From NCBI GenBank assembly GCA_964485575.1, contig CAZAJO010000007.1, positions 1 to 61,323 on the forward strand: a DNA stretch of 61,323 bases, written 5' to 3'. A program made the position numbers and the translations under genes. The DNA comes from an uncultured Gammaproteobacteria bacterium (GTDB taxonomy: Bacteria; Patescibacteriota; Microgenomatia; Levybacterales; GWA1-39-11). Position 1 is the stretch's first letter. Each line of letters begins with the position of its first letter. Shown here one piece after another: positions 35,032-44,165 of the stretch. The notes under the pieces are model-generated. The model did not search any database. It was not told the origin of the DNA and saw only the letters and a program-made list of their open reading frames with translations.

Positions 35032-35568
35032 GTGTACAATTCCCACATGGTAGAGCAGTTTGGTTATCCATTTGTTGAGGGAAGTCATGGTATTCCATTT
35101 TCCAAAATGGTGATAGGTGGTGATTCTATCCACACAGCTCAGGGGAGAACATTAAATTACACACTTGAGTCTGATACCGTTTATGTCTGGGATCCTGACA
35201 TGAGTGTTGCTAACAGCCTTATGGCCAATGTTAGTGATAAGGTGTTAACGCTTTCTTTACATCCTACACCCGACGACAATCATGAATCACCTAGACACCC
35301 TGATTTATTTGCAGGAAAGTTTGTTGATTTTATTCTAGATTATTTTGCAAATAACGGAACAACTATCGAATCTCATTTCTCAGATTGGTTAAATGGTAAA
35401 AATTTGGATGATTATAATTCTCTTTGGGCTCAAGGTGCAGAACCTGGTTACGCTGCAAGTCAAACTTGGATTGGCAAAAAATTAATTTCAAAGGGTTTTG
35501 ATCCTGCTAAAGATGAAGACGTGTCTAGGAAAAAGGGATCTGTTTATGCCATTTTCAAGAAAAGATAA
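35032..35568 (+). CDS. Hypothetical protein
   Basis: 178-aa ORF abutting the NMNAT stop. The start could be GTG 35032 or ATG 35047. Confidence 0.5.
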   Translation: MYNSHMVEQFGYPFVEGSHGIPFSKMVIGGDSIHTAQGRTLNYTLESDTVYVWDPDMSVANSLMANVSDKVLTLSLHPTPDDNHESPRHPDLFAGKFVDFILDYFANNGTTIESHFSDWLNGKNLDDYNSLWAQGAEPGYAASQTWIGKKLISKGFDPAKDEDVSRKKGSVYAIFKKR

Positions 35569-35589
35569 TAGATCTGATAAACTAAATGA

Positions 35590-36249
35590 GTGATATTACT
35601 ATTTTTCCTAGAGCTTTTGGTACTTTTTTTTCTCTCAAGATCACTGACTTCTCATCTCTCTTTTTTGCTTCGTGCAATAGTTAGGAGTAATAGGGTAACG
35701 ATAATTTTGATGGCAATTATTTTTCTTCCTGGAACAATTATTCACGAATTTGCACACGCTATTATGGCAAAACTATTGTTTGTTTATGTTGGCCATATGG
35801 AGTTGATGCCACAGTTACACGATGAAAGTCTGAAGTTGGGGAGTGTTGAAGTCGGAAAGACAGATATTGTCAGAAATTTCTTAATCGGTATTGCTCCATT
35901 TATTGTAGGGACGGGTCTATTACTTTTAGTTCTTTACTATTCATTCACAAACAATATTTTTGGCTTTAATCTGTTGACGTTTGTAGTTTTATTTTTTACT
36001 TTCGTTATCTCAAACACGATGTATTCTTCGAGAAAAGACATGGAAGGAGCAGTGGAATTTTTTCTTTTAGTAGTTGTACCAATAATTTTTCTTTATTTCA
36101 TTGGAGTAAGGATTCCGGGATTTACTCTTGAATCTTTGAGAGGAAGCGGAGTAGAGAGCTTTTTCAGGATGTCTGCGATCTTTTTAGCTGTTCCCTTTTT
36201 GCTTGATGTATCATTTATACTCTTTGCAAAAATGTTACTGAAAAGGTAA
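35590..36249 (+). CDS. Integral membrane protein with HExxH motif (putative membrane metalloprotease)
   Basis: 219 aa with GTG start and the motif IIHEFAHAIMA in a multi-TM protein. The extended -10 TGATAAACT ends 6 nt before the GTG. Confidence 0.55.
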   Translation: MILLFFLELLVLFFLSRSLTSHLSFLLRAIVRSNRVTIILMAIIFLPGTIIHEFAHAIMAKLLFVYVGHMELMPQLHDESLKLGSVEVGKTDIVRNFLIGIAPFIVGTGLLLLVLYYSFTNNIFGFNLLTFVVLFFTFVISNTMYSSRKDMEGAVEFFLLVVVPIIFLYFIGVRIPGFTLESLRGSGVESFFRMSAIFLAVPFLLDVSFILFAKMLLKR

Positions 36250-37728
36250 CTAAATATAACTCACTTTTTCAAGCAACTCATCTTCCCAATGGGTAACTTT
36301 TTGTTCCGGCAGTAATAACGCCTTTGTAGGCTTAAGCTCTTTTATAAAATCTTCTGTGTGACTTACGATAAGAAGCGTTCCTGTATATTTCTTGATTGCT
36401 TCAAGAATTATCCTCTGAGACATAACGTCTAAGTAGGTTGTTGGCTCATCAAGAATAAGCATGTTGTAGTTTTCTAGAAGTAGAAGAGCTATTGAAAGTC
36501 TTGTTTTTTCACCACCCGATAAAGATCCCACTTTTTGAAAAACTCTGTCTCCAGAAAAAAGAAAGGCAGACAAATGCTGTCGTATTTTTTCAATTGGCAT
36601 GGCTTTTACAGTTTCAATTGTTTCAATAAGATTTAGAGAGAAGTCAAGTGCTTCAAGTTCTTGAGAGTAGTAACCAATTTTTAACTTTTCAGCTTTTATA
36701 ACCTCTCCTTTTGTGGGAGTCGTGTCTCCCACAATTATTTTAATGAAAGTACTTTTTCCTGCGCCGTTGTGTCCAATGAGTGCAATTTTTTCTCCACGAC
36801 CTACAATCATTGAAAAGTCCTCTAAAATCACTTTATCTTCATACGATTTTGAGATATCAACGATTCTGACTGGAATATCACTCATGTTTTGTGGTTCTGG
36901 AAGTGTGAGCTTAAATCCACGCGCTTCCTTTGGAAGTGGGGGAAGGGATTCTTTTATCCTCTCAATCCTTTTCTGGAGTTGAACGCGTTGTCTGACTCCT
37001 TTTTCTGACTTTCTACTCATAAGACCCACCAAACTTTTTTCCATTCTTTTGACATGTTTTGTTTCGTTGACTATCTGACGGGTCAAAAGTGTGTCGTGCT
37101 GTGCTTTTAATTTCAAATAGGTTGTGTAATTTCCTTTATATTCTTCGATCTGAGCTTTTGCTGGATTTATTGCAATCACCTTATCAATAGAACTATCCAT
37201 TAACTCCAAGTCATGACTAACAAGAAGCAATGTTTTGGGATAGGTGCTTAAGAATTTTGAGACCCAAGCTTTTCCTTTTGTATCTAAAAAGTTTGTTGGC
37301 TCGTCAAGTAAAAGAATATCCGGTTCTAAAAGTAGGGCGCGGATGATGGCTAGTTTTGTCTTTTGCCCACCTGAAAGGCCATGCGGATCTCCATAGAGGT
37401 CAATATCATTCATCTCAAGTCCATGGAGCATCGATATAATCTCGCGGTCATCTTTTACGTAATGTTGGTCCAGATATTCGCGGATGGTAAAACTTTTTTC
37501 AAGAATCGGGTCATACTTAATTTCCTGTGGGACAAGAACAATAGACCCATCAATTATGATGTTTCCTTCTTTTGGATGCTCTTCGCGCATCAAGAGTTTG
37601 AAGAGTGTGCTTTTGCCTGCGCCATTTGGGCCGGCAATCCCCACGATCTGGTCATCACCCACGGTAAAACTTACATCAGTAAAGATGGGGCGAAGGTGAG
37701 CAAACGTAAGATTTTTTACCTGAATCAT
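36250..37728 (-). CDS. ABC-F family ATPase (two ABC domains, no TM domain)
   Basis: Start at ATG 37728 (MIQVKNLTFAH). Walker A motifs are GPNGAGKST and GHNGAGKST, and signature motifs are LSGGQKTK and LSGGEKTR. Confidence 0.9.
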   Translation of the reverse strand: MIQVKNLTFAHLRPIFTDVSFTVGDDQIVGIAGPNGAGKSTLFKLLMREEHPKEGNIIIDGSIVLVPQEIKYDPILEKSFTIREYLDQHYVKDDREIISMLHGLEMNDIDLYGDPHGLSGGQKTKLAIIRALLLEPDILLLDEPTNFLDTKGKAWVSKFLSTYPKTLLLVSHDLELMDSSIDKVIAINPAKAQIEEYKGNYTTYLKLKAQHDTLLTRQIVNETKHVKRMEKSLVGLMSRKSEKGVRQRVQLQKRIERIKESLPPLPKEARGFKLTLPEPQNMSDIPVRIVDISKSYEDKVILEDFSMIVGRGEKIALIGHNGAGKSTFIKIIVGDTTPTKGEVIKAEKLKIGYYSQELEALDFSLNLIETIETVKAMPIEKIRQHLSAFLFSGDRVFQKVGSLSGGEKTRLSIALLLLENYNMLILDEPTTYLDVMSQRIILEAIKKYTGTLLIVSHTEDFIKELKPTKALLLPEQKVTHWEDELLEKVSYI

Positions 37729-37819
37729 AGGACAACCGTAGTGACTGCATAGGAACGAAGGCAAGACTCTTTACTTCGAACTTTTCTTACTACGGAAAGA
37801 GGCTTATATTATACCTTAT

Positions 37820-38356
37820 CTAAGCGTTTGGATCTGGAGGAAGAAATTCTTCACCGCCGTGGTCTTCATTCTTGACATATTCACCAGGTTTTAACCATTC
37901 GACGTATGTGCATCCCGTGGCCTGTCTTGCCTTTGCATCCCAACCGCTCATTGAGCATTTCTTCATTTTCTTGCCGGCTGCGGTAGTGTAGAGAACTAAT
38001 TTATTGCCACACGTTGGACAATCCTCATCCAATGGTTCTGTGGTTCCATTTATCCATTCTACAAAGTCGCACCCAGTTGCTTGCTTTGTCTCAGCATTCC
38101 ACTGGTTTGTTGAGCACTTCTTCATTTTCTTTCCAAAACGGGTAACTACCATGACAAGTGGATTACCACACTTTGGACATTTTTCATTTAACTCTTCCGG
38201 AGGAGTCTCGAGCCATTTTACATAGTCACATCCTACATTCTTCTTTGCTTCTTTATCCCATGAACCAGTAGAGCATCTTTGTAGTCGACGTCCGGTTGGG
38301 GTTGTTGTTATTTCTGCAAGTGGGTTGCCGCATTTGGGACACATTTCTTCAGCCAT
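37820..38356 (-). CDS. Stand-alone protein made of three topoisomerase-type C4 zinc-ribbon repeats
   Basis: Three ~55-aa repeats of CP.CGN.L-x(12-16)-(K/R)CS-x3-W-x9-GC.(Y/F)VEW. Start set at ATG 38356 (MAEEMCPKCG) because of the promoter at 38364-38392. Confidence 0.65.
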   Translation of the reverse strand: MAEEMCPKCGNPLAEITTTPTGRRLQRCSTGSWDKEAKKNVGCDYVKWLETPPEELNEKCPKCGNPLVMVVTRFGKKMKKCSTNQWNAETKQATGCDFVEWINGTTEPLDEDCPTCGNKLVLYTTAAGKKMKKCSMSGWDAKARQATGCTYVEWLKPGEYVKNEDHGGEEFLPPDPNA

Positions 38357-38363
38357 GGAATTC

Positions 38364-38392
38364 ATAGTAGCGGTTAGTAAAATATAAGTCAA
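38364..38392 (-). promoter_or_regulatory. Promoter TTGACT-N17-TACTAT, 7 nt before ATG 38356 (leaderless candidate)
   Basis: The minus-strand sequence reads TTGACTtatattttactaaccgcTACTATgaattccATG. Confidence 0.5.
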
Positions 38393-38399
38393 TAGGAAA

Positions 38400-39023
38400 T
38401 TAAAATCCGAGGTCCTCTTTTATGAAAATAAGATTGATGCGCGACTTATTCAATTCATTATTGAGAATAAAAAGCTTATTCACATTACTTGATGCTTCAG
38501 GCCCATAGACAGATTTCATACGCTTATCCTCCTGGGGAAGAACATGCTCATATATTCGTGCCAGTCCTTCCTCGAGATTTTTGACAATCTTTTTTGTAGA
38601 CACAACCCAAATGACGTGAGAAGCGCCATATGTGTAAGCGGGTAGTTGGCTTCCGGATCCTGACGCTACGATAACTTTCCCATCTTCGGTCACTGCATGA
38701 ACGCTTCCTATTATATAGTCAGGACCAGCTCCCAATTTTTGCATAACCAAGCTATCTATGTTGCGATCAAGTTTTGACAATTGTGATTTTACGGAGTTAT
38801 GCATCCCACTATCATTTATTACATCGGTAAGTCCTAATTGATTAAGTGTCGTTGATGTTGCGGTCATAACTTCTACTCCTTTTGGGATGAGGGAATGAAC
38901 TAATTTTCTTGTTTGGGAAGAATTATCTGCTACATAGACAGTAATACCATGAGAAGAAAGAGCAGTGGTGGCTTTTTGGATTGATGCTGTTGTTGCGAGT
39001 GTTGAGAACTTGTTTTTATTCAT
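38400..39023 (-). CDS. LUD (lactate-utilisation B/C-like) domain protein
   Basis: 207 aa. ...V.V.....A.......IP.G..V....S.TL..LGL......IIGSVHAVTEDGKVIVASGSGSQL. Confidence 0.75.
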   Translation of the reverse strand: MNKNKFSTLATTASIQKATTALSSHGITVYVADNSSQTRKLVHSLIPKGVEVMTATSTTLNQLGLTDVINDSGMHNSVKSQLSKLDRNIDSLVMQKLGAGPDYIIGSVHAVTEDGKVIVASGSGSQLPAYTYGASHVIWVVSTKKIVKNLEEGLARIYEHVLPQEDKRMKSVYGPEASSNVNKLFILNNELNKSRINLIFIKEDLGF

Positions 39024-39138
39024 ATCTATAGTACACTATATATACTAACTTTACTTTCAACAAGTACACACTATATTGTCATATACATACTAAAAAGTAA
39101 GTAAGGATATATTCAGTTTATTTTAAGCTAGCAAAAAT

Positions 39139-39486
39139 ATGATTGATAAAGATATGCAGACCAAAGACATCACGAGTTGTTCATCCGTCAAAGTAACATT
39201 GGAAGTTATGGGTGGAAAATGGAAGCCTCTTATAATGTTTCTTTTAGTGGAGAGGACCATGAGATTTTCGGAACTCCAAAGAAGCATTACTGGTATTACC
39301 CAAAAAATGTTGACTGAGCAATTGAGAGAATTAGAGCGCGATGGAATGATATCGAGGAAAGTATATCCGCAGGTACCCCCCAAGGTAGAGTATTCAATAA
39401 CAGCGTATGGCAAAACCCTCCTTCCAGTTCTTGAGACTATGCATGATTGGGGAAAAAACCACAGGATCCTAACTCCTAACTCCTAA
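39139..39486 (+). CDS. HxlR-family winged-helix transcriptional regulator
   Basis: 115 aa. C.....L...GGKWK.LI...L.....RFSEL.R.I.GI..KMLT.QLRELE.DG...R.VY..VPP.VEY..T..G. Confidence 0.85.
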   Translation: MIDKDMQTKDITSCSSVKVTLEVMGGKWKPLIMFLLVERTMRFSELQRSITGITQKMLTEQLRELERDGMISRKVYPQVPPKVEYSITAYGKTLLPVLETMHDWGKNHRILTPNS

Positions 39487-39492
39487 CTCCTA
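39469..39492. repeat. Heptanucleotide repeat (CTAACTC)x3, which is (GAGTTAG)x3 on the minus strand
   Basis: Read directly. It overlaps the last codons of the hxlR-family gene and is related to (TAGTTAG)n at 4386. Confidence 0.9.
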
Positions 39493-39645
39493 TTTCATCT
39501 TAATATTCATGAACGGGATAGTTACTCCAGGTTGCGGAGGTTGAGTAACTTTTGTTTGTTTGGATCTTATGTTTTGAATTAAAAGAATAGAGATTATAAG
39601 AATCAGCCCAACACAAATCACAAGTTGTACCAAAGAAAATTTCAC
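39490..39645 (-). CDS. Possible 51-aa single-TM micro-protein (below the ORF-track cutoff)
   Basis: Translated by hand: GTG-KFSLVQLVICVGLILIISILLIQNIRSKQTKVTQPPQPGVTIPFMNIKMK*. The RBS is weak, so this is speculative. Confidence 0.3.
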   Translation of the reverse strand: MKFSLVQLVICVGLILIISILLIQNIRSKQTKVTQPPQPGVTIPFMNIKMK

Positions 39646-39713
39646 ATTACATTTTAACCTGTTAACCCGTTAACTCGCAACTCACTGCTAGTCATATTGT
39701 ATACTTTTAAGTG

Positions 39714-40637
39714 ATGAAAAAAGAAAAGAAAATTACAGCAAAAAAAGTCATTATTTGGTCATTTGCAGTTGATCTGTTAGACATATTGCTTTCACTGGGT
39801 GCTGCAGTAATCACTGGAAGTATTGTGATGTTTACAGAAGCCCTTGAAGGGGTTTCTGATCTAATCTCTTCAGGCCTTCTTCTCATTGGTCTTAAAAGGT
39901 CGTCAAGAAAGGATGATAGGGCACACCCATTTGGGTATGGTAGGGAAATTTATTTCTGGACCCTTCTTGCTGCTTTGGTAATGTTTGGTATCACGTCTTC
40001 TGTCTCTATCTATTTAGGTTGGGAAAGGTTTTGGAATCCGCACGCACTTCATGATATACACTTGGCTTTTATTATTCTCTTTTTTGGGGTGATCACTAAC
40101 GGTTACGCATTTTACTTAAGCTTCAAGAGATTAATGAAAAAAAGGAGCATAAAGCAGATTATTAGGATTTTTTACCGGTCATCTCTTATAGAAACAAAAA
40201 CGACCTTCACGCTCGACCTAATGGGGACGGTTGCGGCTGTACTAAGAATTTTAGCTTTGACCGCATACGTTCTTACGGGGGATGCTCGGTTTGATGGTAT
40301 TGGAGCTATGGTAGTGGGTGTTGCTCTCGCTTTTTTCGCTTTTATACTTCTACTGGGAATACGTGACTTACTGATAGGCAGAAGCGCCTCGCCAGAGACT
40401 GAGGCTAAAATCCGTGAGGCTGCTCTTGCTGTTGATGAGGTTGCCAAGGTCCTTGACCTCAAAACATTACACGTAGGCTCAGAAAAACTTCTCGTTAATC
40501 TTGAGGTCAATATGAATAATAATCTAAATACAGATGAGCTTGAGCATCTCATGGACAAAGTAAAAGAGAGCATCCAGATCCAAGTGCCATCGGTAAAGTA
40601 CATCCAAGTAGAGCTTGAAACTCCCGAAAAAGCCTAA
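39714..40637 (+). CDS. Cation diffusion facilitator (CDF) family metal efflux transporter
   Basis: Six TM helices plus a C-terminal cytoplasmic domain, with ...EALEGVSDLISS...HPFGYGR. TATACT (39700-39705) lies 8 nt before the ATG. Confidence 0.85.
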   Translation: MKKEKKITAKKVIIWSFAVDLLDILLSLGAAVITGSIVMFTEALEGVSDLISSGLLLIGLKRSSRKDDRAHPFGYGREIYFWTLLAALVMFGITSSVSIYLGWERFWNPHALHDIHLAFIILFFGVITNGYAFYLSFKRLMKKRSIKQIIRIFYRSSLIETKTTFTLDLMGTVAAVLRILALTAYVLTGDARFDGIGAMVVGVALAFFAFILLLGIRDLLIGRSASPETEAKIREAALAVDEVAKVLDLKTLHVGSEKLLVNLEVNMNNNLNTDELEHLMDKVKESIQIQVPSVKYIQVELETPEKA

Positions 40638-40692
40638 TTTGTCAACTCCTCAGTACCTTTAAAATACACCGAAAATATGCTATACTACATGT

Positions 40693-40791
40693 TCGGTTTT
40701 AAACCTATAGTGTGATTTTATCACGCGAACGTAGTAGGTGTTTAAATCACTCTTACTACGTATAGTCTACGTTTCGCATGTAGATTTTTTT
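40693..40791 (+). ncRNA. Candidate ~100-nt small RNA (or long 3' UTR of the CDF gene)
   Basis: The extended -10 TGCTATACT sits at 40678-40686. It is followed by hairpins GTGAT-ttt-ATCAC and ACGTAGTAGG-N13-CTTACTACGT, then the terminator TCTAC-N9-GTAGA plus T7 (40766-40791). No ORF longer than 8 codons. Confidence 0.3.
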
Positions 40792-40851
40792 GGTTCCAAA
40801 AACCTGCACTTTGAAAATTTGGTTTCGTATTTTTAGATAGTTTTTTATTTT

Positions 40852-40872
40852 ATCCCGCACTCGATGCGGGAT
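40852..40872. repeat. Palindromic hairpin ATCCCGCA-ctcga-TGCGGGAT, related to 21511-21529
   Basis: It has the same loop (CTCGA) and stem as TCCCGGA-ctcga-TCCGGGA, with a compensatory G:C to C:G swap. It sits at the left edge of the high-GC island. Confidence 0.7.
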
Positions 40873-40969
40873 CTACTAGGTATTTGATCGTGGATCAGGG
40901 GTGGGTTATCCCACTCGCGACCCACGATCAAGATTTCCTATATTAGTCTTGTCTGGGAAGGAGTTCGTA

Positions 40970-41155
40970 TTGACGAACAAGATATTTGATCGAGTCGGAA
41001 GACTTCTTAGCCGGCGCGCTCACGATGTTGGGCATGCTGCTATGGAATTCGGACACAGTGTCCACGACATCGAACGCGCGGCAGCAAGCCGCATGCACAG
41101 GGAAAAAGCCGACAAAGCCCATCCCGCCATCGTCAACGACAAGCCCGCCAACTAA
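40970..41155 (+). CDS. Possible small ORF (61 aa) at the start of the high-GC island
   Basis: TTG start 6 nt after AAGGAG. The high-GC context inflates ORF length and no family is recognised. Confidence 0.3.
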   Translation: MTNKIFDRVGRLLSRRAHDVGHAAMEFGHSVHDIERAAASRMHREKADKAHPAIVNDKPAN

Positions 41156-41201
41156 GACGGGTTACTGTAACCACCCAAACCAAGGCAAGGAGAGATTGAC
41201 G

Positions 41202-41363
41202 ATGTCACAACACGTCAGAAAAAAGACAAAGAAGAGGCGTGAGTCTCATGGTACGCGCGGGTCGCCGAAAATCGGCAAGATCCGCAAATTCAGGAACCGC
41301 CAACAACAAAACGGTTCCGATACTTCACTCCGCAACGCTTCGCGTGGCGGACTAGTGTCCTAA
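41202..41363 (+). CDS. Possible small, very basic ORF (53 aa) in the high-GC island
   Basis: ATG 41202 lies 7 nt after AAGGAGAG. The product is MSQHVRKKTKKRRESHGTRGSPKIGKIRKFRNRQQQ... Confidence 0.3.
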   Translation: MSQHVRKKTKKRRESHGTRGSPKIGKIRKFRNRQQQNGSDTSLRNASRGGLVS

Positions 41364-41384
41364 GGGACAGAAGGAACTACCTAG

Positions 41385-44048
41385 TTGACTCAGCTTATTA
41401 CAGCCCAAGATGGGGAAGCCGTCAAGAGCGGGGCAGCAGCCCCGACGACGTACGTCTATCCGTTCCGCGAAGGCAACGCAACCATGCGAGACCTTCTCGG
41501 CGGCAAAGGAACTGGCCTGGCCGAGATGACCAATTCAGGCGCGCCTGTTCCTCCCGGCTTCACCATCACCACCGAAGCTTGCAATGCGTTTTCCGCGACC
41601 GACCAATTCCCTGATGGGATGATGGATCAAGTTATGGTTGCGCTGGCCGAGGTGGAGAGGCAGACCGGAAAGCGGTTCGGTGATCCCACCAACCCGCTTC
41701 TGGTATCCGTCCGTTCCGGCGCGAAGTTCTCGATGCCGGGCATGATGGACACCGTCCTCAACCTGGGTCTCAACACCCAGACAAGCGAGGGCATGGCGCG
41801 GTTGACCAACAACCCGCGCTTTGCTGCGGATGCGTATCGCCGCTTCGTTCAGCTCTATGGCAAGATCGTTCTTGATGTGGACGGAGAACTCTTCGAGCAC
41901 GTCATGAACGAAGCGAAGGGTGGTGATCGTCAAGACACCGACCTGAGCACCAAAGAACTGATTGCGATCGTCGAGAGATTCAAGGCGATCGTTCTCGAAG
42001 TAACCGGCGTAGCATTTCCAGAAGATCCTCACAAGCAGTTGGTAGAAGCGATCGCCGCGGTCTTCCGTTCCTGGAATGGCCGACGCGCACGCGACTACCG
42101 CCGTCTCAACAAGATCTCGGACCTGCTCGGCACCGCGGTCAATGTCCAGTCGATGGTATTCGGCAACATGGGCAATGATTCCGCAACGGGGGTTGCGTTC
42201 TCACGCAACCCTTCGACCGGCGAACCAGGCCTCTACGGAGAATACCTGGTAAACGCTCAGGGTGAGGACGTTGTAGCGGGTGTACGCACCCCACGTCCCA
42301 TCCAAGAAATGGAGCGTGATATGCCGGAGGTGTATCGCCAGTTCTGTGACATCGCCAGCGGCCTGGAAAGGCACTACCGCGACGTTCAGGACATGGAGTT
42401 CACCGTCGAACGCGGCAGACTTTACATGCTCCAAACCCGTACCGGCAAGCGCACGGGCAAAGCGGCGATTCGTATTGCCGTGGACCTCGTCCGCGAAGAA
42501 GTGATCGATCGGGTAACGGCAGTCCAACGTGTTGAGCCTCAACAGCTCGACCAACTCCTGCACCCGATGATCGTTCCTGCTGCCAAGCAAAAAGCCGGCT
42601 TTCTGACCAAGGGACTTCCCGCCTCACCCGGCGCAGCGTCGGGGAAGGTAGTGTTTGATCCCGACGAAGCAGTAGAGCTGGCTAAGGTCGGTCCGGTGAT
42701 CCTGGTGCGGACCGAAACTGCACCCGAGGATTTCCATGGAATGGTTGCTGCCCAAGCGGTGCTTACCGCACGCGGGGGCATGACCAGCCACGCTGCCGTC
42801 GTGGCACGCGGCATGGGCAAACCCTGCGTCGCTGGCGCGGGCGCACTGAGCATCAATTACGGTGTCCAGTCGTTCAGCGTCAACGGCACAATCATCAATA
42901 AAGGTGACTTCATCACTCTCGACGGTTCAACCGGCGAGGTGTTCGTGGGTCATCTCCCAACACAAGACCCGGTGCTGGACGAGTACTACCACACCCTGAT
43001 GGGCTGGGCAGACGAGTTCCGCACGATGGGTGTCAGGACCAATGCAGACACGCCAGAAGACGCACTCAAAGCGCGTGAGTTTGGCGCCGAAGGCATTGGT
43101 CTTTGTCGCACCGAGCACATGTTCTTCCAAGGCGACCGGATCGACGCTGTCCGCGAGATGATCCTGGCAGAGACGCTCGAAGAGCGCGAAGCAGCGCTCG
43201 CCAAAATCGAACCCTACCAGCGAGAGGATTTCGTCGGAATCTTCCGCGCTATGGACGGGTTCCCAGTGACCATCCGGACTCTCGACCCGCCTTTGCACGA
43301 GTTCCTCCCTCATGAAGAGAAGGACATTCGTGAACTGGCCGAAAAGATGGGCGTGGACTTCGCTTTGCTCATGGGCAAGGTGCATAGTCTGCGTGAAGCA
43401 AACCCAATGCTTGGCACGCGTGGTTGCCGGCTTGGTATCTTGTTCCCCGAGATCACTGAAATGCAGACGCGCGCGATCTTCGAAGCGGCCGTGCAGGTAA
43501 GTGGTGAAGGGATCGAGGTTCATCCCGAGGTGATGATCCCCCTGGTCAGCACCGTTCAAGAGTTTCGGTCCCAAAAGACGATCGTCAGGCTCGTAGCTGA
43601 GGAAGTTGGTTTTACCGACCACCTCATAGGCACGATGATCGAGATCCCGCGAGCAGCCCTGGTTGCCGACGAGATCGCCGAAGAGGCTGAGTTCTTCTCT
43701 TTCGGCACCAATGACCTGACGCAGATGGCGATGGGCATCTCTCGTGACGATGCAGGTCGGTTCATTCCGCACTACATCGAAGCGAAGATCTTCGCCGACG
43801 ACCCCTTCCAGGTCCTCGACCAGAAGGGCGTCGGTCAATTGGTCGAGATCGGTACCGAGCGTGGTCGCAAGACCCGCCCGAACCTCAAAGTGGGAGTCTG
43901 CGGTGAGCATGGCGGTGAGCCATCCTCCGTGCAGTTCTTCGCACGCACTGGTCTTGACTACGTCTCCTGTTCGCCGTATCGCGTGCCTATCGCGCGGCTG
44001 GCAGCAGCACACGCGGCACTCAAGATGCAGCAAGAGGCCGCCGTTTAG
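41385..44048 (+). CDS. ppdK: Pyruvate, phosphate dikinase
   Basis: 887 aa. The N-terminus is MRDLLGGKGTGLAEM, the phospho-His motif is GGMTSHAAVVARGMGKPCV, and the PEP-utilising C-domain is GLCRTEHMF...FFSFGTNDLTQ. TTG start after AGAAGGAA. Confidence 0.93.
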   Translation: MTQLITAQDGEAVKSGAAAPTTYVYPFREGNATMRDLLGGKGTGLAEMTNSGAPVPPGFTITTEACNAFSATDQFPDGMMDQVMVALAEVERQTGKRFGDPTNPLLVSVRSGAKFSMPGMMDTVLNLGLNTQTSEGMARLTNNPRFAADAYRRFVQLYGKIVLDVDGELFEHVMNEAKGGDRQDTDLSTKELIAIVERFKAIVLEVTGVAFPEDPHKQLVEAIAAVFRSWNGRRARDYRRLNKISDLLGTAVNVQSMVFGNMGNDSATGVAFSRNPSTGEPGLYGEYLVNAQGEDVVAGVRTPRPIQEMERDMPEVYRQFCDIASGLERHYRDVQDMEFTVERGRLYMLQTRTGKRTGKAAIRIAVDLVREEVIDRVTAVQRVEPQQLDQLLHPMIVPAAKQKAGFLTKGLPASPGAASGKVVFDPDEAVELAKVGPVILVRTETAPEDFHGMVAAQAVLTARGGMTSHAAVVARGMGKPCVAGAGALSINYGVQSFSVNGTIINKGDFITLDGSTGEVFVGHLPTQDPVLDEYYHTLMGWADEFRTMGVRTNADTPEDALKAREFGAEGIGLCRTEHMFFQGDRIDAVREMILAETLEEREAALAKIEPYQREDFVGIFRAMDGFPVTIRTLDPPLHEFLPHEEKDIRELAEKMGVDFALLMGKVHSLREANPMLGTRGCRLGILFPEITEMQTRAIFEAAVQVSGEGIEVHPEVMIPLVSTVQEFRSQKTIVRLVAEEVGFTDHLIGTMIEIPRAALVADEIAEEAEFFSFGTNDLTQMAMGISRDDAGRFIPHYIEAKIFADDPFQVLDQKGVGQLVEIGTERGRKTRPNLKVGVCGEHGGEPSSVQFFARTGLDYVSCSPYRVPIARLAAAHAALKMQQEAAV

Positions 44049-44165
44049 ACCGCGTCTGACGCGGAACATCAATACGAAACCAAATAAGGCCGACCGCACG
44101 GTCGGACATCCCGTCTGACTCTAACGAGCAGACACCCCCTCCGCGTATAGCGGGCAACCCAAGCT

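Noticed and set aside
42927-44099. 390-aa minus-strand ORF, plus ORFs at 41535-42032, 42201-42590, 42539-42856 and others.
   Set aside because: All are antisense or out of frame within ppdK. High GC suppresses stop codons, and ppdK has unambiguous catalytic motifs in the plus frame.
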